Shown here piece by piece: positions 48,732 to 58,967 of a stretch of 64,000 bases of DNA. The stretch spans positions 1-64,000 of IMG/VR virus record IMGVR_UViG_2834293421_000001; one strand, 5' to 3'. The DNA comes from a virus. Its lineage: Duplodnaviria > Caudoviricetes. Each line of letters begins with the position of its first letter. The first letter of the stretch is position 1. The notes beneath the pieces are model-generated. The model searched no databases and was not told where the DNA came from. It saw only the letters and a list, made by a program, of their open reading frames with translations. Position numbers and translations under genes: made by a program.

Positions 48732-48863
48732 ATGGGAATAATAGAAGCAGCCAAGATTCTTAGAGACATAGCAAAGAAGATTGCCAAAGATAGAGGTATA
48801 ACAGAACAAGAAGCATGGTTAGAAGCTTTAGAGGTATTCAAAAGAGAATATAGAGTTTGGTAA
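48732..48863 (+). CDS. Small hypothetical protein (43 aa)
   Basis: RBS AGGAG; MGIIEAAKILRDIAKKIAKDRG... Confidence 0.6.
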   Translation: MGIIEAAKILRDIAKKIAKDRGITEQEAWLEALEVFKREYRVW

Positions 48864-48936
48864 GTTTACATCTAAGATTAAGATAAAAAATGCCTAGTAG
48901 AGATAAGGTTGTAATTTATATAAGAAAAGCGAGAAC

Positions 48937-49392
48937 TTATTGTTTCGCTTTTCCTATAATGTTTCTTAAAGTTGATGAAGAGTTATAACCTAAAGAAAAA
49001 GAAGCAATAGAATCTATTAATCTATCTGAATCATTCTTCTCTATATAAACTCTTATATTTATTATAGAAATTTTGTAATAGTTTAATATGGACTGCATAG
49101 CTAGAATAATATCATTATCTTCTTTAGAAAGCTTTGAAGTATGAATAGTTAAATTATTGATTAATGTTTCTATAAATCTAATGTCTTTATTGACTTTATC
49201 TGGATCAATGCTTTTTGTAGCAACAGATTTTACTAATAAATACATATAATTATCTATTATTTCTAACTCTTTAATATATTCGTTGCTAATGGGTGGAGGA
49301 GTTAGAGAATTAAATGCATAGGTTGTATTTATATTTATTGCAAATAGAATTAATACAATTGAAAATACAATGCTTAATTTTTTTATAAACAT
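48937..49392 (-). CDS. Secreted hypothetical protein (moron)
   Basis: Signal peptide ending TYA; RBS AAGGAGGTG. Confidence 0.8.
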   Translation of the reverse strand: MFIKKLSIVFSIVLILFAININTTYAFNSLTPPPISNEYIKELEIIDNYMYLLVKSVATKSIDPDKVNKDIRFIETLINNLTIHTSKLSKEDNDIILAMQSILNYYKISIINIRVYIEKNDSDRLIDSIASFSLGYNSSSTLRNIIGKAKQ

Positions 49393-49572
49393 ATATTCAC
49401 CTCCTTTATACAACTATTATGTGTAGAGGAAAAATTATAAATTCAGGATATGTAATAAAAATTTATCTAAAATAAAAAATGGATTACTAAGAATATGTCA
49501 TATTTTAAATAATAAGAAAGAAATTAGATTATTATTTATAGGTTTAAATATAAAACAAAAAATTAAATAGGG

Positions 49573-50118
49573 GTGATTAGAGTGAAATATTCTAATTCTT
49601 GTGATTTTGATTTTACAGATAACTATCTTGCTTTATTAGCTTGCATATTAAATCCAAGTTTAAGTATAGGAAAAGCTATTAAACATATAGTACTTGATGA
49701 TCCTAAAGATGATAAAGGAGGATACTATAGAAAGATTAAACCTAAACAGAATTATAATTATAAAGTTAAGGTAGTAGATGAAGTAGAAGGGAAAGAAAAG
49801 GAGTTTGATGGATTAGAGGATTGTTGTAAATTTCTAGATATGAGAAGAGCAGATATAACAACTTATATAAAGCACAATAGATTGTTTAGAAAGAGATATA
49901 GGATAAAAGCTTTAGAAACTATAAGAGAAGTTGAAAGAAAGCCGTTGATAGTTATAGACAAATTAAAAAATGAGACTATAGAGTTTGATAGTGTTAATAA
50001 AGCATGTGATTATTTAAATGCTAGCAGAGGTAATTTAAATCAAGCAATAGAAGCTAAAAGACTTTTTAGAAAGAGATATAAACTTGAGTATAAAATAAGG
50101 GGTGATAAAAATGAGTAA
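49573..50118 (+). CDS. Hypothetical protein with two NUMOD1-like repeats
   Basis: EFDGLEDCCKFL/EFDSVNKACDYL, RLFRKRY twice; homolog of 9144. Confidence 0.7.
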   Translation: MIRVKYSNSCDFDFTDNYLALLACILNPSLSIGKAIKHIVLDDPKDDKGGYYRKIKPKQNYNYKVKVVDEVEGKEKEFDGLEDCCKFLDMRRADITTYIKHNRLFRKRYRIKALETIREVERKPLIVIDKLKNETIEFDSVNKACDYLNASRGNLNQAIEAKRLFRKRYKLEYKIRGDKNE

Positions 50119-50332
50119 ATCAACAGAGTTAAAGTATGTTGAAATAGAACGTAGTATACCCAGTGTAAAAGAAACATTCTTTAAAGCAAGTGACTACAAA
50201 ACATATCCAAATTATATGGCACTGGCACAATGTATATGTGGTAAAGAGATTAATGGAAAGCTAAGGTTTCCAGAAAGTGCAGATAAAATAATGAGTGCTT
50301 GGGGGATCAGAGGTGGAAATAAAGAGGAATAA
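50111..50332 (+). CDS. Hypothetical protein, homolog of 10032-10226
   Basis: Near-identical C-terminal ~60 aa. Confidence 0.75.
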   Translation: MSKSTELKYVEIERSIPSVKETFFKASDYKTYPNYMALAQCICGKEINGKLRFPESADKIMSAWGIRGGNKEE

Positions 50333-50855
50333 ATTTATGGATTAAAAGAAAGATAAGTTATAGGTGGTGGAAAATCTGAAAAATAGAGACAAACTATTTA
50401 TATTAATTGCTATAGTTATAGCTATTATAATTTTAATTTGTTTTAAACTATTTGCTAGTATAGGTATAAGTTGAGAACATTTTTTATTTAGAGTTAAAAA
50501 GGACTAGCTTTAACTAGTCCTTTTGGGAATTGGATATTGAGAGTTAAATTTTGAAAATAGTCTAAATAAACTGCATTTAAACTGTTAAAGGGTAAAATCT
50601 ATTGATATCTTCAAATGTCAATTTTATTATTTGTCTATTTATTAAAAAATATTCAAAAACTCAGTAAATTTAAATATAAAATTTAAATTTATTATGAAAG
50701 TTTATATAAAATTTATTTTAATTAAGTAAAAATTAAGAATAAGGGTATATAATAATTAATCATATAGATATACAAGGGTTACCTTATATGATAAATATAT
50801 TTATATAGGTAGTTTTATTGATAGAAATTGTTAGAAATATGTTAGGAGTGATAGT

Positions 50856-51113
50856 ATGAATGGCAAAAATAATAAAGGCATTGTAAGAAATATCGATTCA
50901 CTAGGAAGAATCGTAATACCAAAGGAATTTAGAAGAATGTTAAATATAAATGAAAATGATCCAGTTGAAATATTATGTGAAAATGGAACTATTAAGCTTA
51001 AAAAACATAATAATTCGTGTATTTTATGTGGATCAAAAGAAAATTTAAAAAACATCAAAAATATTTTTATATGTGAAAAATGTTTAGAGGAAATGAAAGA
51101 TATTATTGATTAA
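50856..51113 (+). CDS. AbrB-family regulator with Zn finger
   Basis: GIVRNIDSLGRIVIPKEFR; homolog of 11442. Confidence 0.9.
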   Translation: MNGKNNKGIVRNIDSLGRIVIPKEFRRMLNINENDPVEILCENGTIKLKKHNNSCILCGSKENLKNIKNIFICEKCLEEMKDIID

Positions 51114-51137
51114 AAGAAAAACGGGAAGTGACTGCCT

Positions 51138-51641
51138 ATGGATAAAAAAGAATTATTTAAAAAAGTAGAATTAAGATTGCATAATTATAAGTTTCTAGAA
51201 GCTCAAATAAATAATATAGAATTAGATATAAAGAAAGAGAAAATGAGATATAGAGGTTGTGGAGCTATAAATTATGGTGAAAGAACAAGTGAAACTTATA
51301 ATATTTCTAGAATTGTTGAAAAAGAGGTTATAGATAAAGAGAAGAAAATAGATAAATTGATGCAAAGTAAATTAGAAAAAGAAATAGAGAAAGCGAAAAT
51401 AGAAAACTCATTAAGTTGCTTAGATGTTAATGAAACTAATTTCTTTGAATTATTTTATAATAGCAAAAATAAAAATAATATGAAATATATAAGCCTTAAG
51501 CTACACATGGATCGCAGTCATTGCTACACAGTAAGAGAGCGATTAGTTTATAAAATTATGGGTATGTTGTATCCAAACTATGAAGAACTACCATTATTTA
51601 ATGAAAATAATAGCAAAGCCAACACTTTGGCTACATTTTAG
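51138..51641 (+). CDS. ArpU/RinA-like late transcriptional activator
   Basis: Highly similar to 11723-12226. Confidence 0.8.
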   Translation: MDKKELFKKVELRLHNYKFLEAQINNIELDIKKEKMRYRGCGAINYGERTSETYNISRIVEKEVIDKEKKIDKLMQSKLEKEIEKAKIENSLSCLDVNETNFFELFYNSKNKNNMKYISLKLHMDRSHCYTVRERLVYKIMGMLYPNYEELPLFNENNSKANTLATF

Positions 51642-51777
51642 CGACAAAGTAAAGATTTTTTATACATTCAGAGGTGGTAATATAGTAGTATAGGAAATTT
51701 AAGATAACTCAATTGCTTATTTCCTAATAACTCCCTCTTTATATAATGGCTAGGGTATAAATTTACCCTAGCAACGT

Positions 51778-51846
51778 GAGGATATAGTTTAATGGTAAAA
51801 TAGCTATTTAGAAGATAAGAGGTTCGATTCCTTTTAACCCTCACCA
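51778..51846 (+). ncRNA. tRNA-like RNA without a canonical anticodon arm (copy 2)
   Basis: GAGGATA-TA-GTTT-AATGGTA-AAAT, T-arm AGAGG-TTCGATT-CCTTT, ends CCCTC-A-CCA; anticodon arm reduced to CTA-TT-TAG; 69 nt. Confidence 0.7.
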
Positions 51847-52089
51847 ATATAACTTTACGGCTCTTAAGAGCACTCTGTAGCGGTATGGAGTATAAACTAG
51901 TTACATTTATTAGATTTATTAGCAACAACTTATTATGTTCAAAAAAGTCAGGACTTTCTCACCTGGCTTTTTTATTTTATATTTACTTTATTTAAATGAG
52001 TGTGGATATACTATAAATTATGTATAATTTATAGTATAAACTATTGAACAATAGTAATATATTATCAATATTTAAGTGGGGGAGATATT

Positions 52090-52290
52090 ATGAGGAAGTG
52101 TTTAAGATGCAATGAAACTATGGTTGAAGACTACATGCTAAAAACTGAAAACTTTACAGCTCAAGCATCAGTAGTATTAGGAAAAGGAAGTGGGGTTTTT
52201 TCATCAAATAAAGGAAAGATAAAGGCTGCAGTATGCCCAAATTGTGGAGAAATTTCAATATTTTTTGATAAGCTAGATAAAATTAAATAG
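52090..52290 (+). CDS. Small Zn-ribbon protein
   Basis: CLRC...VCPNCGEI. Confidence 0.8.
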   Translation: MRKCLRCNETMVEDYMLKTENFTAQASVVLGKGSGVFSSNKGKIKAAVCPNCGEISIFFDKLDKIK

Positions 52291-52386
52291 TGTATTCATA
52301 TTAAAAGTATATGAATTTAAAGTGGACAATTAGGGTCCATTTTTTTTTATAGGTTTGTATTCAAATCAGATTTGAGGTGGTGAGAT

Positions 52387-52935
52387 ATGAACTATGTAGA
52401 ACCTATTAGAAATTTAGATACATTAGAAAATATGTGCTCCTATTTAAAAAAGACAAATGAAAGAGACTACCTTCTATTTATGATGGGTATATATACAGGT
52501 CCTAGAGTATCAGATATATTAAAGTTTAGAATATATGATGTAAAAGATAAAAGGCAAATAGTCTTAAGAGAAAAGAAAACAGGGAAACAAAAATTCATAG
52601 AGATAAACCCAATACTGAAAAGAGCAATTAAAGATTATGTAGAGGACAAGGATCCTGATGATTTTTTAATTAAATCACGTAAAAACTACAATAGACCTAT
52701 ATCTAGAGAAAGAGCATATGTGATTTTAAAAGAGTTGGGAGAATTATTTGATGTTCCTTGTTTAGGAACCCATAGTATGAGAAAAACATGGGGATACCAT
52801 TACTATAAACAAACTAAAGATATAGCATTACTTCAGAAGATATTTAACCATTCATCTCCAGCTGTAACCTTACATTATATAGGTATAGACCAAGACAGAA
52901 TGAATAAAGCTTATACTAGCTTTAGATATTTTTAA
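52387..52935 (+). CDS. Small tyrosine recombinase (catalytic domain only)
   Basis: TGPRVSD (Pro in place of usual Leu), EKKTGK, HSMRKT, FNHSS, HYIG. Confidence 0.9.
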   Translation: MNYVEPIRNLDTLENMCSYLKKTNERDYLLFMMGIYTGPRVSDILKFRIYDVKDKRQIVLREKKTGKQKFIEINPILKRAIKDYVEDKDPDDFLIKSRKNYNRPISRERAYVILKELGELFDVPCLGTHSMRKTWGYHYYKQTKDIALLQKIFNHSSPAVTLHYIGIDQDRMNKAYTSFRYF

Positions 52936-53205
52936 TTTAATTTTATCTAGAATATAACATAAAAAGAGAATGTTATATTGGTTTATTTTATTTAGAAAAA
53001 ATAACGATTGAAATCATTGGAAATACTAAGTCTACAGTGGGTATATAAGTTGATAAAATGTATATAACACACTATTAGATATGTTATGTTCATAAGGTAG
53101 GGTTTATAAATAACTTGAAAGTATGATAAATTATAGAAAAATTTGTATATTACTAAAGCTTAAGGGAAATTATAATTACTAATTATAATTTTGGAGGTAT
53201 AGCTG

Positions 53206-53886
53206 ATGTTTAAACACGATAAAAAATTGTTTAGAGAAGTAAAAGTAGAAAGACCAAACCCTCAATATGCAGTTTTAATGCAAGAACAATTAGGAGGGGC
53301 AAATGGAGAGCTAAAAGCAGCAATGCAATATTTATCTCAAAGTTTTAGAATAAAAGATAAAGAGATAAAAGATTTATTTCTAGATATAGCAGCGGAAGAA
53401 CTTAGCCATATGGAAATGGTTGCTCAAACAATAAATTTATTAAATGGACATGATGTTGACTACCAAGCAGTTGATTCTGGAGAAATAGAAACTCATGTAC
53501 TAAGTGGATTATCACCATTTTTAATAAACTCTTCAGGAGCACCTTGGACTGCTGATTATGTTACTGTAACAGGAGACTTAGTTGCAGATCTATTATCAAA
53601 TATAGCATCAGAGCAAAGAGCAAAAGTTGTATATGAATACTTATATAGACAAATTGAAGATAAATACGTAAGAGAAACAATAGACTTCTTACTTAACAGA
53701 GAAGAAGCTCATAATGCTTTATTTAGAGAGGCATTAAATAAGATTAAAGATACAGGTTCAAATAGAGATTTTGGAGTTACTGAAGACTCTAAATTATACT
53801 TTGACTTATCTAGTCCGGGACCTAACAATCATAATACAAAGATGGATATTAACCCACCTTCTTTCAATGAACCAATAAAAAAATAG
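53206..53886 (+). CDS. Manganese catalase family protein
   Basis: EQLGGANGELKAAMQY, EELSHMEM, ASEQRAK, REEAH. Confidence 0.93.
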   Translation: MFKHDKKLFREVKVERPNPQYAVLMQEQLGGANGELKAAMQYLSQSFRIKDKEIKDLFLDIAAEELSHMEMVAQTINLLNGHDVDYQAVDSGEIETHVLSGLSPFLINSSGAPWTADYVTVTGDLVADLLSNIASEQRAKVVYEYLYRQIEDKYVRETIDFLLNREEAHNALFREALNKIKDTGSNRDFGVTEDSKLYFDLSSPGPNNHNTKMDINPPSFNEPIKK

Positions 53887-54004
53887 TAAATAAAAAAGAA
53901 CTCTTTAAAAGGGTTCTTTTTTATTTTGTAGGAGTAAATGATTTAGATGATGATATGAAACAAAGTATTGTTTAAATTGAAAATTGATAAATGAGGAATT
54001 AGAT

Positions 54005-54418
54005 ATGCTAAAGAAGTTTTGTAGATGTGGGAAAATTATTCCCCAAGAAATTTCTATGTGCTCTGAATGTGAAGCTAAATTTAATAATAGACAACAGAAA
54101 GTATATAAGGATTATAGAAAGCGAAGAGTAGACTTTAAAGAACAGAAGTTTTATTGCAATAAAGAATGGAAGTTTACTAGAGACTCTGTAAGACAAAGAG
54201 ATGATGGTATATGTAAGTTATGTGATGATAACTTAAGTGATGTAGTACATCATATAGAGACTTTAAAAGATTGCTGGAGCAAGAGATTAAATATGAATAA
54301 CCTTATATGTTTATGAGATAGGTGTCATAAGAAGGTACATAGAATGTACGATAAAGGAGAAGTATCTAAAATTAAGATGCAAAATGAACTAAAAGAATTG
54401 ATAAAAGAAAATTATTAA
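54005..54418 (+). pseudogene. HNH packaging endonuclease with in-frame TGA at 54314
   Basis: RDDGICKLC..VVHHI...NLICL*DRCHKKVH; frame stays open to 54418. Confidence 0.85.
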
Positions 54419-54500
54419 AGGATAGGGGGGGAGTCAAAAAGTTTTTGGCTTTTGACGTAAGTCCACGGTTGCAGTTTTTTTGCGCGGAAACTCCCTAAAT
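54419..54500 (+). other. Putative cos region
   Basis: GC-rich island (ggggggg...ccacggttgcag...gcgcggaaactccc) between HNH and terS. Confidence 0.6.
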
Positions 54501-54604
54501 AAAATTTTTTTGGACAGAGCAGAGATAGCTATGATTTAGAATTTATCTAAATTATAGCTATTTTAAATTTTGTAAAAATTAAAAAAAAATAAGGAGGTGA
54601 TAAT

Positions 54605-55060
54605 ATGGCTAGACCTAGGCAACCTGTTTCTCTACTTCAAGCTAAAGGCAAAAAACATTTAACAAAAGCTGAAATAGAAGAAAGAAAATCTCAAGAACTA
54701 AAAGTTAATTCAGATAATGTTAAAGCTCCTGTTTTTCTTAATGAAAGTTTAGTTGATGAATTTAATAAGTTTGTACAAGAAATGAATAGATTTGAAATTT
54801 TAGATAACACAGACTCGGATGCAGTAGGAAGATATACTTACTACAAAAATGAATTTGCTAGAATTGCTAAAAAGCTTTCTAAAACAGGTCCAGATAATAA
54901 AAAATATGATGATTATCTAAAAAAGCTAAGTAATATAAGTAAAGAAATAAATATTTTAGAAGTAAGATTTGGTATTACACCTGGGAATAGATGCAAATTA
55001 GTTATCCCTACTCAAAAAGAAGATAAACCTCCAAATAAATTTTCTAAATTTATGAAATAA
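54605..55060 (+). CDS. Terminase small subunit (P27 family)
   Basis: MARPRQP..GKKHLTKAEIEERK, FGITPGNR. Confidence 0.9.
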   Translation: MARPRQPVSLLQAKGKKHLTKAEIEERKSQELKVNSDNVKAPVFLNESLVDEFNKFVQEMNRFEILDNTDSDAVGRYTYYKNEFARIAKKLSKTGPDNKKYDDYLKKLSNISKEINILEVRFGITPGNRCKLVIPTQKEDKPPNKFSKFMK

Positions 55061-55068
55061 GGGGGTGG

Positions 55069-56799
55069 TTGTATGTGAATATAGACAGGGTTACTAGATA
55101 TGCTTTAGATGTAGTTGAAGGAAGAGAAATAGCTGGTAAAAATGTTATTTTAGCCTGTAAAAGACATTTAGAGGATTTAGAAAAGTCAAAATTAGCACCT
55201 TATATTTATGAATTTGATGCAGTTTTAGCTTTAGAATCAATAGAGTTCTTTGAAAGTCTAAGGTTTACAGATGGAGAAATAGCTGGGCAAGAGGTTGAGT
55301 TATTTGGATTCCAAGATTTTATAATAGGATCATTGTTTGGTTGGGTTTCAAAAGAAACTGGATATAGAAGATTTAGAAAAAGTTATGTACAACTTGCTAG
55401 AAAGAATGCGAAATCTCTTTTAAATAGTGGTTTAGCTATTAAATTATCAGCTTTTGATAACTATCCAAACGCTCAAGTTTATTGTACTGCTACAAAAATG
55501 AAACAAGCTAGGATAGTTTGGGAGCAAGCCAGTAAATTTATAAATGCAGAATCAGATTTAAAAGAATTATTTAAGATAAAAGACCATGATGCAATTATAG
55601 AATCTCTATATAGTGGCGGTAAAATAATGGCACTAGGAAGAGATACAGGAACTATAGATGGTTTTGATCCTCATGGCGGTATCATCGATGAATATCACAG
55701 TCATAGAACCAATCAAATGGTTAAACTCCTTGAAGATGGTTCTGTTAACCAAGCTGAATCTTTAATTAGTATTATAACTACGGCAGGGTTTAATTTAAAT
55801 GGACCGTGTTATAAAGAATGGGAATACTGTAAAAGTGTTTTAGAAGGAATAGTAAGCAATGATGAATACTTTATATACATAGCACAAATGGATGAAGATG
55901 ATGATATTTGGAATCCAGAAAACTGGTGTAAGGCCAATCCATTAGTTGCAAAACTACCCAAAGGATTAGAAAATTTAAAGAGATTTGCAAAAGAAGCAAT
56001 GCAAAAAGGTGGAGAAGATCTAAGAAATTTCCTAACTAAATCTTTAAATATATGGTATGAGTTTTCAGACGACCAATACATAGGACCAGAAAAATGGGCA
56101 AAGTGTAAATCTAAAAAGACATTAGAAGATTTTAGAGGACAAAAATGTTATGTAGGTTTAGATTTAAGTTCTGGAGGAGACTTAACTTCATTAGCTTTAA
56201 TATTTGTATATTATGTTGAAGGAGTTAAAAAGTATTTTATACATTCACATTCATTTATTCCTAAAAACAGAGTTGAGGAACATATAAAAAGTGATAATGT
56301 ACCTTATGATGTTTGGATAAAAGCTAAACTTCTGACAGTTACAGAAACTCTTGGAGGAATAAAAACAGACTATAAATATATAATTGCATATTTAAAGTCT
56401 TTAATTGAAGAATATGACTTGAAAATTGAACAGTTAGGCTACGATCCACATAATGCAGATGCATTTTTAAGTGATTTAGAAGAATTAGGGTGCGATTGTA
56501 TAGAAATATATCAATCACCTAAATGGCTAAATGATGCTACGGAAGATTTTAAATTAGAAGTAGAGGCTGGAAATGTTGAATACAATGAGGAAAATGAACT
56601 TTTAGCATGGTCAGTTGTAAATGCAAAAACAGTTTCTAATTCAAGTGGAGAAATTAAGATAGATAAAGATAGAAGAAATAAAAGAATAGATCCAGTAGAC
56701 TCTGTTATAGATGCATATAAACTAGCATTTAAAGAAGAAAGATTGTCTGATATTAATGAAACAGTTGATAAATACTTTGACATAATGGGATGGAATTAG
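55069..56799 (+). CDS. Terminase large subunit (cos-type)
   Basis: ARKNAKS, IIDEYH, ITTAG, GLDLS, RIDP. Confidence 0.95.
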   Translation: MYVNIDRVTRYALDVVEGREIAGKNVILACKRHLEDLEKSKLAPYIYEFDAVLALESIEFFESLRFTDGEIAGQEVELFGFQDFIIGSLFGWVSKETGYRRFRKSYVQLARKNAKSLLNSGLAIKLSAFDNYPNAQVYCTATKMKQARIVWEQASKFINAESDLKELFKIKDHDAIIESLYSGGKIMALGRDTGTIDGFDPHGGIIDEYHSHRTNQMVKLLEDGSVNQAESLISIITTAGFNLNGPCYKEWEYCKSVLEGIVSNDEYFIYIAQMDEDDDIWNPENWCKANPLVAKLPKGLENLKRFAKEAMQKGGEDLRNFLTKSLNIWYEFSDDQYIGPEKWAKCKSKKTLEDFRGQKCYVGLDLSSGGDLTSLALIFVYYVEGVKKYFIHSHSFIPKNRVEEHIKSDNVPYDVWIKAKLLTVTETLGGIKTDYKYIIAYLKSLIEEYDLKIEQLGYDPHNADAFLSDLEELGCDCIEIYQSPKWLNDATEDFKLEVEAGNVEYNEENELLAWSVVNAKTVSNSSGEIKIDKDRRNKRIDPVDSVIDAYKLAFKEERLSDINETVDKYFDIMGWN

Positions 56800-56808
56800 A
56801 AGGGAGGT

Positions 56809-58077
56809 GTGAAAGTGAACCTTATAAAAAATTTAAAGAATCTTATATTACCTAAACCACAAACTGTTGATATGAGAAGTGAAAAGTTATTAGAGTGGCT
56901 AGGTATAACAACTAGAAATAAAAATATCTTAAGTGAAGTTACTTATTTTACTTGCTTAAAAATGTTATCTGAGACATTAGGTAAAATGCCTATTAAAATG
57001 TATCAAGAAACGGAAAAAGGTGTAATAAGAGCAGCACCAAATAAAGCATATAATTTATTAAAGGTTAGACCTAACCCTTATATGACACCCTCTATATTTT
57101 GGGCAACTGTAGAAAATAATAGAAATCACTTTGGAAATGCTTATGTTTATATAAGAAAAGAATTTAAGCGTGAAAAATATGGAGCTACATATGAAATAAA
57201 AGATTTATGGATTATGCCAAGTAATGATGTACAAGTTATTATGGACAATAAAGGAATCTTTGGAATTAAGGATGCACTTTGGTATATCTATACTGATAGA
57301 TACACAGGCGAACAATTTGTATTTAAAAATGAAGAAGTACTACACTTTAAAACCTCATTTACATTCGATGGTATATCAGGAGAGCCAGTTAGTAAAATTT
57401 TAAAATATACCCTTGAGGGTGGAGTTGAAAGTCAAAATTTCATTAATAACCTTTATAAAACAGGACTTACTGCAAAAGCTACATTGGAATATACAGGAGA
57501 TTTAGATAAGTCAAAAGAAGATAAATTAATAGAAGGTATTTCAAGGTTTGCTAATGGATCTCAAAATGCAGGTAAAATAATTCCTATTCCTCTTGGGATG
57601 AAAATAACACCTTTAAATATAAAGCTAACAGATAGTCAATTTTATGAATTAAAGAAATTTTCATCACTTCAAATAGCAGGAGCATTTGGAATAAAGCCAA
57701 ACCAAATAAATAACTATGAAAAATCTAGTTATTCAAGTGGAGAAATGCAACAACTTAGCTTTTATGTAGATACAGAGCAATTTATATTAAAACAATATGA
57801 AGAGGAAATCTGCTATAAATTATTAAGTGATGAAGAGAAAAATGAAAATAAGTATTATAAATTCAATGAAAAAGCTATTTTACGAACAGATGCAAAAACA
57901 CAGGCTGAGTGTTTAACATCCTTTGTAAATAATGCTATATATACTCCAAATGATGCTAGAGCAATTTTAGATATGCCAGCAAAAGAAGGTGGAGATGTAT
58001 TAGTTTGTAATGGTAACTATATACCTATAACAAAAGTAGGAAAGCAATATGGGGAAGGAGGCGAAAACAGTGAGTAA
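56809..58077 (+). CDS. HK97-family portal protein
   Basis: RPNPYMT, GNAYV, EVLHFK, IAGAFGI, TPNDAR. Confidence 0.95.
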   Translation: MKVNLIKNLKNLILPKPQTVDMRSEKLLEWLGITTRNKNILSEVTYFTCLKMLSETLGKMPIKMYQETEKGVIRAAPNKAYNLLKVRPNPYMTPSIFWATVENNRNHFGNAYVYIRKEFKREKYGATYEIKDLWIMPSNDVQVIMDNKGIFGIKDALWYIYTDRYTGEQFVFKNEEVLHFKTSFTFDGISGEPVSKILKYTLEGGVESQNFINNLYKTGLTAKATLEYTGDLDKSKEDKLIEGISRFANGSQNAGKIIPIPLGMKITPLNIKLTDSQFYELKKFSSLQIAGAFGIKPNQINNYEKSSYSSGEMQQLSFYVDTEQFILKQYEEEICYKLLSDEEKNENKYYKFNEKAILRTDAKTQAECLTSFVNNAIYTPNDARAILDMPAKEGGDVLVCNGNYIPITKVGKQYGEGGENSE

Positions 58078-58915
58078 AATATTAAATTTACAAAATAAAG
58101 ATACCAAAACTGGAGAATTAAAAAATGTTGGTAAGATAGAAATAAAAAATCAAACAGAAGAAAAAGCAGAACTTTATTTCTATGGTGATATAGTTTCAGA
58201 TAGTTGGAGTAGTTGGTGGGCAGATGAAGATAAATGCCCTCAAGATGTAAGTGACTTCCTGAAGGAACTAGAGAATTCACAAAATGTAGATATATATATC
58301 AACTCTGGCGGTGGATCTGTATTTGGTGGAATAGCAATTTATAGTATGTTAAAAAGACATAAAGGTAAAAAGACTGTTCATGTTGATGGATTAGCAGCAA
58401 GTATAGCTAGTGTAATAGCACTTGCAGGAGATAAAGTTATAATACCTAAGTATGCTAACTTTATGATTCATAACCCTTTAACATTTTTATTTGGAGGATA
58501 TAACGCTAAAGATTTAAATGAGATTGTGGGAGCTTTAGAAAGTTGTAAGGAAAGTATATTAAATATATATATGGACCATGCAAAAGAAGGAGTAACAAGA
58601 GAAGAAATTTCAGAACTCATGAATCAAGAAACATGGTTTACTGGTGAAAAAGCTGCAGAATACTTTAATATTGATGTAGAAGAAGAATTCGAAGCAGTTG
58701 CATGTTCATCTAACTTTTTTGATAAATATAAAAATACTCCTAAAAACCTATTTGAAGAAAATAAAAAAAGTGATGAAAATCAAAAATTGGATATAGAAGA
58801 AATTGCAAATAAAGTACTTTTACATCTACAAAATCAAAAAGAAGATGATAAAAAAGTAGAAAATACAATTGAAAAAGAAAAAGAAGATATATTGAAGGAT
58901 TTAGATTTATACTAA
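58070..58915 (+). CDS. ClpP-like prohead protease
   Basis: INSGGGSVF, DGLAASIAS, FMIHNP, ETWF. Confidence 0.93.
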   Translation: MSKILNLQNKDTKTGELKNVGKIEIKNQTEEKAELYFYGDIVSDSWSSWWADEDKCPQDVSDFLKELENSQNVDIYINSGGGSVFGGIAIYSMLKRHKGKKTVHVDGLAASIASVIALAGDKVIIPKYANFMIHNPLTFLFGGYNAKDLNEIVGALESCKESILNIYMDHAKEGVTREEISELMNQETWFTGEKAAEYFNIDVEEEFEAVACSSNFFDKYKNTPKNLFEENKKSDENQKLDIEEIANKVLLHLQNQKEDDKKVENTIEKEKEDILKDLDLY

Positions 58916-58967
58916 GTCTTTTTTTATTGCCAAAATCCAAAAATACATAGAAAAGTGAGGAATAAAA

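Noticed and set aside
50367-50474. 35-aa hydrophobic peptide as a type I toxin
   Set aside because: Poorly spaced RBS, and the possible antisense RNA would terminate before overlapping the ORF
54311-54345. Selenocysteine recoding of the HNH TGA
   Set aside because: The only hairpin (ttatga/tcataa) includes the codon itself rather than lying downstream like a SECIS; a TGT/TGC-to-TGA mutation is simpler
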